A stretch of 63,657 bases of DNA, the filler included, from Sphaeroforma arctica JP610 (Eukaryota), in assembly GCF_001186125.1 (NCBI RefSeq). It is 6 parts of 2 records of this genome, joined end to end, with 100 filler letters (N's around TTAATTAATTAA, not from the genome) between each part and the next. Parts side by side here need not be neighbours in the genome. Positions count along the whole stretch, not along the records: positions 1 to 24,541 come from NW_014040557.1; positions 24,642 to 47,800 come from NW_014040557.1; 4 more parts are not named here. The stretch is one strand, 5' to 3'. This document shows, one piece after another, positions 19,990-34,400 of the stretch (the stretch's first letter is position 1; each line of letters begins with the position of its first letter). The position numbers and the translations under genes are program-made. Below the pieces are notes generated by a model. The model had not been told where the DNA came from. It worked only from the letters and a program-made list of their open reading frames with translations, and did not search any database.

Positions 19990-22900
19990 ATCGGTGTTGT
20001 ATACGTTTACTGTGTCTTGTTAAGGGGTTCGACAAGAATATCAGGTAGTGTTTACGCTCATCAATCGATTCAAACAACAACACACGCTCCGCCAATGCCA
20101 TAATTACTTGCGTCCGTTTCAACTCGAGTGGCACATCATCATCCAAATACACTACCGATATTATTGCCTTTTTCATCTGATCCTATGCCAATTGATGATA
20201 TGATTTTCAACGAACCCCAATTGGTTCCTTTGGCTTAAGCTTAGAACACAAAACATCCGAAGTGGGGCCACTTTATGCGCTAATTCGGGCAAGCGCTCGT
20301 GTAAAAAAACTCGCCAGTCCTAAGGCACAATATCATTTTGACACCGTAGAACTGGCCAGTAAATTAATTGCTATTGTTTTTCATGATCAACGTCAATCTC
20401 TTTAATAGATATCTTCTTCCCAAGTCCCATTTGATTTTCACGGTAAAGTGTTCTTCTGATTGAGTTTGAAGTTATTCTCTGTCCATCGTCGAATGACGTC
20501 TTAAACAGTAGCAATATATTTCTCGCAGTCGCCAGACGCAATGATAAGATCATCGACATAGCATTGCATATCTAATCCTGCCATTAAGTTGCTGATTGCA
20601 CAATGAAATTGTAATGTGAGTGTTGTCAACCCAATTAGAACTAACGTAAACGATTAGTGCTGGCTGTCTCATGTGCACGTAAACATAGGCTGAGAGTCTG
20701 TTTGTACCGGTTAGCGATGGTATGCTGCCGACTAGTCTAATATCGTTGTCAAGTATCGCTTGTCGCTCAAGTTGCTGATCGCGGTAGCGTAAACATTGTA
20801 TCACCAGGGAAAAGATCATTGATCTGCCATAAGTCCAAGCACACACAAACTTTGACAAGTTCTCTCCCTCAACGGTGTAAAGGATAGTACCTCCAGCAAA
20901 GGAAGAAAAGCAATCGACGTCCATGTTTGACGATTGGTTACCACAACTCATGCTCCCTTTTATGAACTTGCTCCGTGACATGTGGCTTTTACCTAACGGA
21001 TACAAAATCTGTGTCTGCTGACGTCTATCTCGAGGTATCAGACGCGACATTTCACTGCCTGGTATTGTACATCGAGCCGCTTCCAAAACCGTCTCATTAG
21101 CATACAGATATTGTCATAAACGATGTCGTATAATCTGGCTGTGACAAGTCTGAAGCCATTCGAAGATTGATCGGTCCCAGCAGTTTATCCATAACATTAC
21201 GAATAATCTCCGGGAATTGTGATGCGAGTCCGGTAAGACTCAATTCCAGTTCTTTCATGATATTATCGATGTTGTCTCGTAGGTTCATAAGCTCAAACGT
21301 ACATCCTTCAGTAGTGACTCTACCGCATTGGACCTTTGTTGATTGTGTTTTACCCGATCACGGAGTCCGAAAGGTTTTTATATCGACTATCTTTAGCTGG
21401 TATTCTAACGGATAGGCATGTCTTATCTGCGGGTGCCAGAGCGGTGATTGAACGGTTCTCTCCCATGCCAATGAAGGTGTGTATATCATGGCTGTTCACT
21501 TGTAAATTAATATATAAACGGTTCTCAGTAGCAAACAGTTTATCTTTTACTACAAATGTTCTTGTTGCAGTACGACCAAAATGACATGTATATGTTCACG
21601 TCAGACACCCTAGCATTTCACTCTCTGCTGGTGGTTGATCAGGCACCCGATCACCGTCCGCTGAGTTAACGCGAGGGCCGAAATTACTACCTGGCGCCTG
21701 TGGTGTACGCGTCGATGTGCCCGTAGTGTAGCAGACAGGCGTTGTATAGTAGAACCATCGGGTTGTGTACGGTTACTCGTATTGGTATGGACTGGTGGTC
21801 GCTGTTGTTTAGCTCGAGTGTTCGTATCAGTCATCTATTGTGGTCGTGACGGATTCTCCCGATGATGTTCTTCTGCTTAGTCAATGCTCACACGGAATAT
21901 GTCACACATCTGCTCAGATAAGTAGCACACCAAGGTGAATGCATACAAAGAGTATCGAGATATTACACACCCTCTGCAGATTGACGTATAAGGCTAAGCA
22001 CACTATGATTGCGGTATACCTGTAACAAGTGCTCACACTGTCGCATCTTTATGGATTCTACTTTGTGTATCAAGTGGTACCGAAGGCTCCAACTTTATAC
22101 ATGCTAATACATGTATGCCTCCAAGTCCTGTTCTTGTGTGTGTACAAGAAAAGCAGCGGCTTCTTCAAACGACAGACTGCAATTATTATTATTTACGTTC
22201 TCCGTAATAAAGTTCGGAGCTCTTTCTTTCTGTAGAGCTCTCTGTAAGCCCAACTGCGTATAAAAAGGATCTAACTTGTGAAATCGCGTATTTTTATGTT
22301 TGTCTAATGTAAGTGCATGCAGCTGTATCTTCTGCGGGTTGTCCAAATAATAGCTGCCCTGTAGATTAGGTGGCCATTCATTCGGCGTCGGTTTATCTAA
22401 AGTCACTGAGCATGTTTTTGAAATTTCATTAGATGTACGAATTAGACTCTGTAACGCGTTGTACATCTTCTATGCGCCCCTCTGCTTCTGCCTACATTAT
22501 TCGTTGGGTAAGATGGAAGGCCTGCATCTTCATCTCGGCCACTGTTGACTCAGTAACACACGTCTCTGTGGGTTCTGATGGCTTACATCATTTCACAGCC
22601 TGTAGGTCCTCTAAGTAACCATCGTAATGAACAGGGAGGTGTTTGCGATATTCTAGCATATTAATAGGTACATTTGCAGTATCCTGAATTCACCTTTTCA
22701 TCTCTTCAGGTGAACGTGGACGACGATGGCGTTGCAGCTTGAATAAATTCGTTGCTACTTGACCTTGATTAAGTGGATGAAGTGGAGATTCCATCACTCT
22801 GCGAAATGCATCAAAGAAGTGCTTTGCCGACGATGCCAAAGTCTGCGGAGTGTTCATTGCAAAACACAATTCGCTGGTTCCGATTTTTTTTTGCCAGGGG

Positions 22901-23450
22901 ATGTCACCAGAGTTGTCGACTCCTGAGTACTACTAGAGCCTCAAAATTCTGTCGGCAGCTCATCAGGTGTCGGAATTCTTGTGTTCGATTTTGAGCTTGT
23001 TTCAACATACGCTCTCTGCGAGTAACGTGCACATTATCGTGTGGTGCCACTTGAGATATCGGCTTCCTTCGGTCAATTCTGGTCTGATATATTTCATATC
23101 GTCAGCTACGCTGTTAGGTAACTGACCAAATATGTCGTCCATACCTACGTTGGGTGTTGAGGAGCCGAATGTGGTTGTAATCTTGGTGCGACCTGTTTCA
23201 TGAATAATCGTCACCCGATGCCGTCTGGACTGTACTATCGTCAGTAATTAAATCAACATTCACCAATGAAAATGCACGAAGTTGGCGGAGTTGTCCACGA
23301 GTTAGCTGAATAATTTCCGTGGCCTCATACACATGCGTCAGCATTCCCAACTGGCCAACACGATCAGAAACCCACTCTGGATATTGTTTAGCCTTATCCA
23401 ACGTAGAAAGCGTGCGAGTGTTGGCCTCAGAATTGTACAATCTACATAAT
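19990..23450 (-). mobile_element. Highly decayed Ty3/Gypsy retrotransposon relic (gag-like, protease, RT)
   Basis: Manual minus-strand translation: LYINLQVNSHDIHTFIGMGENRSI (~21440-21520, decayed protease), KVCVCLDLWQINDL (~20810-20855, RT), DMQCYVDDLIIA (YVDD at 20549-20560), followed by VIRRWTENNFKLNQK. Boundaries approximate. Confidence 0.7.
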
Positions 23451-24541
23451 TTGTTTAATTAATTACCTTTGTTGAAACCACGCTAGAGCCAATCAGTATG
23501 TAAATCAAACTCGTAGCGAGTTTCTATGATGCGAATGCAACCCAGTATATTCAATTCACATAGACGAAATCAACATTAGACTCATATAAAATCGATAAAA
23601 CGAGAGTTTTGTGCCCTGTTCACAATAATTCTGAAACTTCGACCACAAGTATATATATATATATATATATTTGATACCCTTGAGCAGACGTGGACGCAGG
23701 TTGACTTTGAACTTGATATTTAAGCCGTAACTCCCACCTAAGCCGGTAACTCCCACTAATCCTGAAACTTTGACCACAAGTACGCAGATGTTTATATGAA
23801 TACCCTTGAATAGACTAGGTTGTCTTTGAACTTGATATTTGAGCCGGTAGCTCGACAAACAGACAATGAATGAACAAAGTCGCTAGATGTACATTGTAAA
23901 TGTGGAAAAGTCACTAGATGTACATTCACCCATTTTACCGATGAAAACGTGCTGAAATATTGATCAAATATGTGCAAATGTACATTAAGCGACAATTCCA
24001 CCTTTTTGTTTTATACGTTTACTGACTTTATCGTTAAAATCTGCTTAAATTAAATCAACGTGCCTCCGGCTGTATCCATTTTTAAGAAAAAAATTGTTGA
24101 GAGGGATGGTATGTTGTCTTTTATTATTTGGTATTTATATATTCTACTTCATTCAAGCGTATCTCACTGCCTAGTGCACAACTCAAGTGAACTGTGATGC
24201 TCTTTTACAGGGACGTACGAGAATTGTATTTTCTTCGTACTATATAACTGGATTGCTCATCAGCTCTAGCAGCACTTCGCATACTATCTACAATAGTATT
24301 TGTAGCGTTTGTTTGTAGCAATCGTCAAGTTTAAATGTTCATTCATTTGACTCCACGGGACCAAATAGGAGATCCATTCGGCCATCTGTGCTGTTCCCTT
24401 TGTAGACATACGCAGCCTGAACAGCACAAAACTTGTTTGATTTGTGTATAACTCAACTGTGTGTTCGAAAGAACATATAGATCATGAAGAGTTGGATATA
24501 TATATATATATATCATATTATATATATATATATATCTATAT

Positions 24542-24641
24542 NNNNNNNNNNNNNNNNNNNNNNNNNNNNNNNNNNNNNNNNNNNNTTAATTAATTAANNN
24601 NNNNNNNNNNNNNNNNNNNNNNNNNNNNNNNNNNNNNNNNN
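24542..24641. other. Artificial contig-join spacer N44-TTAATTAATTAA-N44 (also 47801-47900, 50046-50145, 54200-54299, 56789-56888)
   Basis: The same 12-mer, with stops in all six frames, is centred in five 100-bp N blocks. Confidence 0.95.
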
Positions 24642-24751
24642 CATTTAGGAAACTTAAGTTCCTCGTACTATTAAGAGTGCGTTTATAATTTGCGTACTGC
24701 TTAAGAGTACGTTTATACATAGAGTCTAATGTGGAGGCCCGGCTTATTACA
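24642..24751. repeat. LTR terminus (…GGCTTATTACA) abutting the Copia pol; second copy at ~30318-30427
   Basis: About 110 bp near-identical to 30318-30427; both end TTACA and are followed by different flanks. Confidence 0.8.
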
Positions 24752-25044
24752 CCCTTCTCTACGCACGCCGACGAATATCGCCTGCTTAACGTCGGCACTG
24801 AGAACACCATGACATCTCGACATGTCCAATTCAACGAGGGCATATCCCCTTACGGCACAACGTCGGCTCTAAGTCCAAGCCCTATTTTACGCTGGAACAG
24901 CTCTAGCCCTCCCCTCCCCCCGCCGCATCTCAGCCACCGTCCGAAACCTGTGACACTCCCGTCAAATCTCCACCCCCACCATATGACACTCCGACACTCA
25001 GGACTCTCCTCTCTGCTCCGTCGTCGACTCTACACCCCAGCCAC

Positions 25045-27289
25045 GTGACGTCCCCATCACTCAGGACTCTCCTCCATACTCCCTCGTCAAATCCGCACCC
25101 CAGCCATGTGACCCTCCCAACCCCCCCCGCACCTGACATCCCCCCTAAAGACCTTCAGACCCTGATCCGCACCGCCCGTGACCGTGTCGCCCACCCACTC
25201 GCCCAATTCTCTGACGACCGCCGTGCCCTCAAGGCCTACACAAGTACCGCCAACTTCCATACTCAGCAACAGGCCAAGCTTCTGCAAGCCTCTACAGCTC
25301 GCCACGACCAAGACAGCATCCTTGGTTCTCACAACGACCAGCTACAGCTCCACATCGCCAACCATCCCCGCAACCGAGAGCTTCTCCTCGACGACTCCCT
25401 CGATACCACACACATCTCTGATCTCCCGGGCCCTGACAAATACCACCCTAGCCTTACCCACAAGCAACTGTCCGACCAACGTAAATACGATGCCGTCCGT
25501 TCTCACATTTACGCTTTATGTGAGGCTGTGCAGAATCGACCCATCACCCCTACCTCCATCAAACAGGTCCTCAGCAGCCCGAAAGCCGATCTCTGGCGCG
25601 CAGCCATCGAATCCGAAATGAACAGCCTTCGCAAGACTGGCACTTTCCTCCTTCACGACACGGCCGACCTTCCTGGTGACGTCCTCACGGTGACATCTAA
25701 ATGGGTCTTCAAAGTCAAGATAGTCAATGGAATTGACGACGAATATAAAGCTCGTCTCGTTGCCCGTGGCTTCACGCAAACCAAGGATATCAACTTAACG
25801 GAGACGTATGCGCCCACCTGCACCCATGAATCCCTCCGCACGCTCCTCGCTGTCGCTGCCAACAAAGGCTGGCACACCGAGCAGATGAACGTCAACACCG
25901 CCTTCCCTCACGCTGACCTTGATCATCCTATCTTCATGAAACCACCCGCTGGTTCCGACCAAATCGGCATCTCCAAGCCCACCACCTTTAAGCTCAAGAA
26001 ATCGCTCTACGGTCTCAAGCAATCCGGCAAGCTTTGGTTCTCTTTTATTCAGTCTAAACTCCTTCAGTTTGGTTTCCACAGGCACATACGGGCTGATGTA
26101 CGTTTGTCATCCGCACACCTTCATACAACTGCACCGTACTGATTTACGTCGACGATCTTATCATATGTGGTTTCACTCCGGCCGACTTTGAACGCTTCAA
26201 GACACAACTATTGGAATTCGACTGCTCCGTCCTCGGCAAACCCACCTGGCTCCTCGACTGTCGCATCATCACTAACACTGACTCTACCAGCATCGTCCAA
26301 ACCTCATACATCAATGAGGCCCTCGAACATTTCGACATCACTTCTGCTCATCCAGTCAACACCCCCCTTCCAACCACCCCTCTCATTGAACATGAAGGCC
26401 CTCCATTTGACTGCCTATACCACGAGCTTGTCGGCACCATCCTCTACCTCTCTATCCTCACGCGCATCGATATCACCTTCGCCGTCAACAATCTCTCGCG
26501 TTTCCTTTCCAACCCTAGCAAAGACCATTGGCTCGCTGCTTATCGCGTCCTCGACTATTTCCAAACCAACCCCGCACTTGGCCTCACGTATAGTAAAACG
26601 CCCCAACCACTCCCCACTGACGCCTACGCTGACTCCGACTATGCCAGCTGTCTCACTACCCGTCGATCTACTACCGGCTACGTCATTCGCGTATGTGGCA
26701 CACCAGGATCTGGAAAAGTAAGCGCCAAAAGACTGTCAGCACTAGCACTGCTGAAGCCAAGTACTTTGCTGCCAGCAAAGCCGCTAAACACATTCAGTGG
26801 CTTTGCAACTTCTTATCCGAACTTGGCTTTACCTCCGATGTCCCTACTGACCTCTACTGCGATAACCAATCCGCCGTACATGTCATCACCAACTCAGGAA
26901 CACCCAAGCAACTAAAGCACGTCGATATACGCGTTCACCACATTCGTGACCTCCAAGACCAAGGTGATATCGCTACCAAGTACATTAAGACTGCCGATAA
27001 TATCGCAAACACCTTGACGAAGAACCTTCCTCGACCCGCCCACTCTAAACATATTTCTAACATCTCCGACCCTATTCAACCGTCCCTAGTTGCAGCACTA
27101 GCTCACACGTCCGACAACAACAATACATACATTACTAACACGCTCTACCGCGTATGCTACCTCCGATATGCATCCTATCCTCGAACATCGTCTATACCTT
27201 CAGGAGAGCTCCACCCGATCGATGCTCACCGCCACCCGCCCTGCCTTTCCACCTCCCCCCTGGCTCCATCTGCACTCTTATCCCTCTAG
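25045..27289 (+). pseudogene. Copia RT/RNase H with at least two frameshifts
   Basis: Motifs spread over ORFs 25045-26142, 26211-26915 and 26693-27289. Confidence 0.88.
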
Positions 27290-27695
27290 ACACCAGCCCT
27301 GCCTTACCCCCCCCCCCCCGCCCCAGCCGTAACATAGCTGCACCCACATGTCTACACATACGCACACAACGTGCACAAACTCCGACTGGTCGACCACCAC
27401 CTAGATTCCTCCCCCTTCCCTATCGTCTTCCCAGCTCACGTTCGCCCCCCACGTTTTCGGCCACAGACGCCACCACGAACCCTCTAATACTTCTCCAATT
27501 CGCTGCCACCGCCCAATAAAGCCGCAGCCCATTGCCCCGCCAACACTTTTTCCCCTCTTCCTTTTACAATTATTCCAGCCTCAATGCAGTCTGAGAAGAG
27601 CTAGTCTAGATGTTGCTACCACTACCCTAGTAGAGTACTCAACACATATACACCTATTTATACACACTGTCCTTTCGCTTCCAACTTCAGGAGAG

Positions 27696-27926
27696 TGTTA
27701 AGACGAATTTATAGGACCCCTAAAAACCCTACAAGGCCCAAAATATACTACGGCTTATATTTTGGCCGAATAATTGTAATAATATCTTAAAAGGCACATG
27801 GTAATTACTATACAATATAGCTAATATGTAATATGAAAATAAACTTACTTCTTTAGCAAATATATGTTTCAATATATAAATATATACATTGTGAGTAAGT
27901 TATACGCTTAGTCAGACTGCTCAACA
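27696..27926 (+). repeat. Putative Copia 3' LTR
   Basis: Follows the PPT; termini TGTTAAG...CTCAACA. The partner LTR is not in the window. Confidence 0.6.
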
Positions 27927-27967
27927 ACAATGTTTATTCACTATGTCATTAAAATAGCCTCGTAGTG

Positions 27968-28258
27968 TGTGACAGCTCCCTTGTCACACTCCCACTAGTT
28001 ATCTAAATTATGTTCCCAAGTGATCCTTCTGATAACTTGGTTTCCATCACAACTCGGGTCACGTCCCGTATCATTGACTACATAATTTATGAAGACTCGT
28101 CGACTGGGTCCCCAAAATCTGGGTGCTTGACAACCCGACACCCTCCGAGTCCCTCTGAGTCCTTCAGGCCCCAGCCGATGGGTAACCCTAGGTCTGAGAC
28201 CCCACAAGCCCCAGTCCTTGTGTTACCCTACATCTAACTGGCTAGAGTCAGTCTAACA
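27968..28258 (-). repeat. Putative 3' LTR of a second Gypsy element
   Basis: Minus-strand purine tract AGAGGGGGG precedes TGTTAGAC at 28258; ends TGTCACA at 27968. Confidence 0.65.
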
Positions 28259-28439
28259 ACCCCCCTCTAAGATAGATAGCATGATACTTCTTGCTACTAT
28301 CATAGCCCACTGTGACTGAATTTGAACTATACTATATACAACTAAATAAACAGCAAGAGAGACACTTACGTCTCTACCCCCTCGTAGAGAATGTAGTTCT
28401 TCATCCTTCACCCCAACAGTATGAGCATTTCACAACTAG

Positions 28440-29557
28440 CTAGCAAGCACTAAAACTATCGACGCGATGGCAACTCCGATCCATCCGCAGCGATACGCAG
28501 TTCTCCCAAGTTCTTCCAAGAAACGCACAACCCCATGGACCATCCGTCGAGGCTGTACAGACACAGGCAAACAGCATTCTAGTCTGCGTATCAACCGTCA
28601 ACAAGACCTTCGGCTGCCAGTTAACCGTGTCAAAATCCATAAAATCCATGCTGACTTCACGCATGGCTTCTTCCGGCCGCACTGGTTGCTGAAGCAATCA
28701 TTTCACCGGTCCCACATTGTCAGTAACTGCTTGAAACGCATCACAACTCTTCCGGACATGATCCCACGTGCCCTGCATGCCCCGCCATCCCTACAACCGA
28801 CGAACCTGGTCTTACAAACGCTTGACACTAGCATGCGCAAACAACACATGTAAATACCGCACTACCCTAAAACCCTCACTTCAACACCAAATATTGAAAG
28901 CTTCAAGCCTAAGATCCTCATACCATATGTTCATACATTGTATCATACATACTTGCCATTTTTGAAACAAATAATATTATCCCTAAAAGCCGGTTCTTAC
29001 GTATTTTCTCGTGCACGTCCTTCAACGAGGGATCGCCTTCCCCCATCAATATATCCACCGAGTCCTGCCTTAGCATACCTTGGTTAGACCATCCGTGATG
29101 TTCGCCTCCCCAGCTGCATCCAAATTTAACTCAAGAGGTGTATCAATGTCCATGGCACCATCTGACAACTGTTTGTCAACTACCTCAGCCCCCCCACGCT
29201 CACATCGCGTCAAGACCGGAGACTTTGCACTCATAATCCTAATGTACATTACACCAAGCAACCCCCCCCTTGCGCTCTTGTCGGCCTTGCCTAACCACGT
29301 CTCCGCCATAGCCCCGAGTGACCCCTCACTCGGTCCAGTAGCAGGCCTACCAGGCCATGCCTTCGCATGTCTTAAAGACTCGCCCAGTACCTCCTTGGCT
29401 GCTCGCCAGGGCTGACTGGAGAACGTCAGCGCGTCCTATCTGCACTGGCTGGGGTAGTCTCAATGCCTGCTTCTACTGCAGACATACCCCTGCGCACTGC
29501 CTTCTCACTGGGGTGCGCTACAGCCCCGATGACACCACTCCGTGTCATACAGGACAC
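28440..29557 (-). pseudogene. Decayed Gypsy integrase (zinc finger and start of core) with upstream relic sequence
   Basis: YLHVLFAHASVKRL*...GWRGM...SCDAFQ then PEEAMREVSMDFMDF...VLLTVDTQTRMLFA; in-frame stops. Confidence 0.75.
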
Positions 29558-30427
29558 TGTAAGATTCGGTCTAATAAAGGCGATACTAATGCCTTAGAAT
29601 AAATAAACGCGTAGGTAAATTCTAAATATCGTGTAAATATCAAAGTAAATAAACAAAATGAGACTTTTAGTAAAGTTAGGTATGCCTCATGAAAACAGTA
29701 ATACCCTGAGGAATTGTGAGGCTGATACATTACCTATATATAAACCTCTCAGTACTGTTTCCGCCAAAGGGATTTTATTTAGTGTTTCGTTGTCGCTCTA
29801 TTAGAAACTATGGCATGTTTCATTGGGGCGAATCCGAGAGACTCATAAAATCCTATCTATAGAAAAAGAAAGAAAAAAAAAGAAAAAAACTCTTGATGTC
29901 CTTAGTTATTATCCTAACCAACAACTTGCCACCATCAAGAATTACCGACTTAGCCTTCATCAGACTGGCACATCTGGTTGGCTGATCGGAGGATCAACTA
30001 GGTAACGTTAATAGTCCCTAGAAACCTATATTCGGTTGAGCATCTCGCTACCGAAGTATTCAGATATAAATAAAATCCGAAAGTAAATAAAGTNNNNNNN
30101 NNNNNNNNNNNNNNNNNNNNNNNNNNNNNNNNNNNNNNNNNNNNNNNNNNNNNNNNNNNNNNNNNNNNNNNNNNNNNNNNNNNNNNNNNNNNNNNNNNNN
30201 NNNNNNNNNNNNNNNNNNNNNNNNNNNNNNNNNNNNNNNNNNNNNNNNNNNNNNNNNNNNNNNNAACCATTAAAACCCATTTTAGGAAACTTAAGTTCCT
30301 TGTACTATTAAGAGTACATTTAGGAAACTTAAGTTCCTCGTACTATTAAGAGTGTGTTTATAATTTACGTACTGCGTAAGAGTACGTTTATAACATAGAG
30401 TCTAATGTGGAGGCCCGGCTTATTACA
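29558..30427. mobile_element. Probable LTR sequence spanning an N gap (TGTAA...TTACA)
   Basis: Composition shifts at TGTAAG (29558); right end is shared with 24642-24751. No matching TSD seen, so the two ends may belong to different copies. Confidence 0.5.
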
Positions 30428-31488
30428 GTTGTTACCGCTATATGGATTGTTATGAGAAAGGCTTGACACTACACTTAGTAGAGTTCGCAAAGAAAAAGTA
30501 TAAGTCTCACCGACGTGTGCCGGAGAATGTATTCGATGTCATAACAAAGGAAATGAAAGATAAGGGCATACAATGAATAATAAAAGACACGCAGAACACG
30601 CTCATAATTACTGTCTCATGAAGGCTGTATAACCTTGGGCTATCTCTGCAAGTATATATACAGCCCTACACTACATACCTCGCTGACATGGGCTGGCACA
30701 TTGGCCACCGAAAATTTGGTCGCATGGGCTGGGATATTGGCCACCGAAAATTCGGCCGAACTCATTTTATTGCAGTTTTGGATAGTTCAGTCCAATACAA
30801 ATCCGGTAGTATATTTCATTTTTCCTAATTCCATTTTTTTTCGATACGTATTAGTAAAATGAAGAAAAAAAAGAGTTGGACGGCACTCTATACGCGACTG
30901 CACCATAGCGCTCACAGCGTTCATGAAGCACTAACAGCGTAACGGTGTGAGGAACACATAGTTTCCCGCGAAAATTATTGTTCAGCCGTCGGTGTGTCAC
31001 GTTTAAAAAAGAAAAACAAAAGAAAAACATGGTTTTTATAGGGAATAAATATAAATAAAGGAAGCCTGAAGCTAGGCTGAAGGTAAATAGATAAAATAAA
31101 TAAATAACCAGAAATTCTCGCGAACAACTTGTATAACAACTTTCTATAAATAGATTCCAGAGTCCCAACGAGTGACTGACTGTATCTATTTATTTATAAA
31201 AATAGTGTCTCCATCGGTCCGTACTCCGTCGGATGAATGACGGCTGCGACAGTCCAATTTTGATTTTTGCAAAGATAAATAGCACACAAGAAGTTAGAGG
31301 GCTATGGTATATCACACCGTAAATAATGAATATTTAATACGGAAATCACTAACAAGCACGCCAACAGTAAACACGACTCTATTGTCTCAACGACAATATC
31401 ACTTGTGTAATAGATACACCTTGCGCTCAAGCCTGTACGGACGTGCACGTGATCACGTGATCGAGGTTACTTCCGTGTATCTGACAGA

Positions 31489-34400
31489 ATGTCGAGCGGT
31501 GTTGCTCCCTACCTGGGTAGTAAGATCAGTTTGGTGTCCAAGTCGAATATCCGTTATGAGGGGGTCTTATACACCATCGATCCAGAGAAGGCAGCCGTGG
31601 CCCTTTCCACAGGTGTGTGCACCACAACGTGCGTCTATTTGTATCGTATACAAATACAAACCTATTTTTAAAGGTTATACACACGTTTTCGGTGTGAGAA
31701 TGGTTTATATTGGGCGCTTGCTGTTGCTCTGGCTTCTACACCGGCAAGCCTCATCGTGCATTTAAATGTTTATCAAGTGCTGTATCTGAAACGAAGAGAA
31801 GATCCTCGCAAACTACGATATTGTCATATTGATTACGCACATACGATTTGTACCAGTGTTTTGCGGTTTGTGATGACTTGGCGTATTGCGGTCTGCTGTA
31901 AGCCACGATAATCAATGTCATATGAATTTTAGAGGCGATCGGGTTTGGTGAACATTAAGTTTCAGGATTCTTTTATCGGAGTTAGATACGCATTTCAAAC
32001 TCTGCTGTTGGCACTTGAAGCGTACAATTTGTTTTTGTAAAGATGTTCCTATGTAAACAGTTTAAATACGAAATAAGACGTATACAGTTTATATACGAAA
32101 TAAGACGTATACAGTTAATATACGAAATAGTAGATAAACAGTTTATGTACGAAATACTAAGGCGGTACAGTTCTTGAATTTGGAAGTTCATTGTCGGGAG
32201 TATTGTCGTATTTGTTGCATGTGCGATGTGCGAATATATTTACGCTGCACTACTAACTATCACTTCCGATATATTATTTGGAATATTGGTAGCTGCAATT
32301 GACCAAGCTGCTTGCTATATGCATTTTCGGGCGATTTGCGCCTATTTGTGAGGATCCTGCATCCACGCTTGTGGGTTATGTGTCTACTAATACCTTTCTA
32401 TGCATTGTCTCGGGTGCTTCCCCTCTGAGGTGTATTTCTACGCGTCCACATCTGTTCAGGTTACATAAACATGTACACGAGCACTCATAGTATTCAAGGC
32501 ACACTATTGACCACTCACATCGCCCGTATAGTTACGTGCGATTGTTGTGCGGCCTGAAGTTGTGTACTATTCTCTACCACGTGTGAATCGTCGCTCAATA
32601 TTCCGTTACCTACATTGTGTCGTTGTGAGGAACGTGAATTAAATTTTACCTTTCCTTGCACCGATTTTTGCACTTACCGCATACCCAAGAGTTTACTCAA
32701 TTTATGACTGCTATTGATTACCCTATATTCAGTCCAATAACCCCTCATTAAGAATACCCCGAGGCATCACTTGGCAACGAGATAGTGCCCGGCATTATCT
32801 TCATAAAAGCATCCCATTCTCACCTATGTACCTATTCACTCATACCCACTATCACCCAGTTGTATCATTTGGTACCGAGGGCCGTCGAGGCGGTGTGGAC
32901 GAGGTACCACCCAGCAATGAGGTCTATTCATACATAACTTTCCGTGGAGCTGATATCAAGGATCTGCACGTGGTCGACACGCACCTGAATTACGCCCAGT
33001 CCCAAAATCAGGGCCGGGGGATGGCACCGGGTGCACCGCAACAGCAACAACAGCCGCAACCATCTGCTCCCCCAGTGTCAGCACTGCCTACCACACCCAA
33101 GCCCGCGTCTACGGATACTACTGACACTACCAGTAGTGGGGAAAAAGGGCCGGATGGCGAAGCAGGAAAGGACGAGAACACCTCTACAGACGGAAGGGTT
33201 CAGACGCCTACAGGCCCTCAAGGCATGCAACAGCAGGGTCCCTATCCGTCGCACCAGCAACCAGGACAGCCACCGTTTCAACAATACCCGAACAATGGGC
33301 CTCAGGGTCAGTACATGCAACCACAGGGGCCATATGGCATGCCACCCAACCCACAGTACGGGTATGGAGGTGGTGTAGACGCCTATGGCAATCCGATGGG
33401 ACCCCCCCAGAACCAGTACTACGGAGGCGGTCCTCCGGGTGGGTGGGCACCAGGGCATGGCCCAAATCAGGGATACTACGGGTACCCTCCCATGGGTATG
33501 AACAACCAAGGGCAGTACATCCAGAATCACCATCAACACCCGCACCACGGAATGCACCCACAACAACACCAACAACAACAGCAGCAGCATCCAAACCTGT
33601 ATCAGGTTCAGCAGCAACAGCAACAGCAACAGCAACCACCCAATGCGGAAGCACAGAGCGGACCGCAGCCACCACAGGACATGGAAGCAAGCAAGGAAGG
33701 TGCCATTGATGGTGAGAAGAGTGATGAAGTCAAGAAGGAGACTGCTGGAGAGAGCGGAGGATCAACTGGGGCGAGCAAGGATGAGGGTGGCAAGAAGGCG
33801 GATAAAAGTTCGGTACCCTCAAAAGCGGAAGAGAGTGGAAAGAAGGTCGCCAACAAAGATGGAGGAAAGAAGAACGTAGAGGACGTGAGGAAAGATAGTG
33901 CCCAGGTAGAGAAGCCGAAGAAACCCGCAACATTGGCGGAACGAGTGGCGGCCAATAAGAAAGACGGGGACTCCAAAAAGAAGGACGAGCCTGAGAAACC
34001 GAATGCGAAAGCCAATTTGGAGAGTGCGAAAGGAAGGGAGTCAGGCACTGCTTTCTCAGGCACCATTAGTAAGGATAAAGGTGAAGCGAATACCCAGACT
34101 TCCACGCAGAATACCCCACAGGCCAAAGCACCAACTCAAACACCAGCGCCAGCACCAGCTCAGCCACAAACTGGCAAGGCCGGCGGCAGCCTGTTACCCA
34201 CACCTGGCACGGGTGGCAATAACACTCAGATCAATGGGGGCCCCCAGAAGCACACACAGGCACAAGTACAAGCCGCCAATGCCACGGCACACAACAACAA
34301 GAGCACTCGAGGTGGTACGCAGGGCAGTGGTGAACGTAGGAGGTACTCGCGCGGCGGTGCACGCCAGGTAGCGAATGCGAACACTGGAGCACCGGTACCC

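Larger units (their letters stand above)
24752..27926 (+). mobile_element. Ty1/Copia LTR retrotransposon, 3' half (post-integrase region, RT, RNase H, PPT, 3' LTR)
   Basis: EYRLL...SRHVQFNE, KWVFKVK, YKARLVARGFTQ, LKKSLYGLKQSG, IYVDDL (26142-26159), YADSDYA, RRSTTGY, STAEAKY, LYCDNQSA, KHVDIR. Purine tract AGGAGAG directly before TGTTAAG at 27696. Confidence 0.92.

Noticed and set aside
20550..21086. Possible RNA-virus RdRp fragment in the 178-aa ORF
   Set aside because: Neighbouring frames show retroelement RT motifs including YVDD, which explains the region better.
24586..24597. TTAATTAATTAA as a biological site
   Set aside because: Always centred in fixed-length N blocks; an assembly linker.
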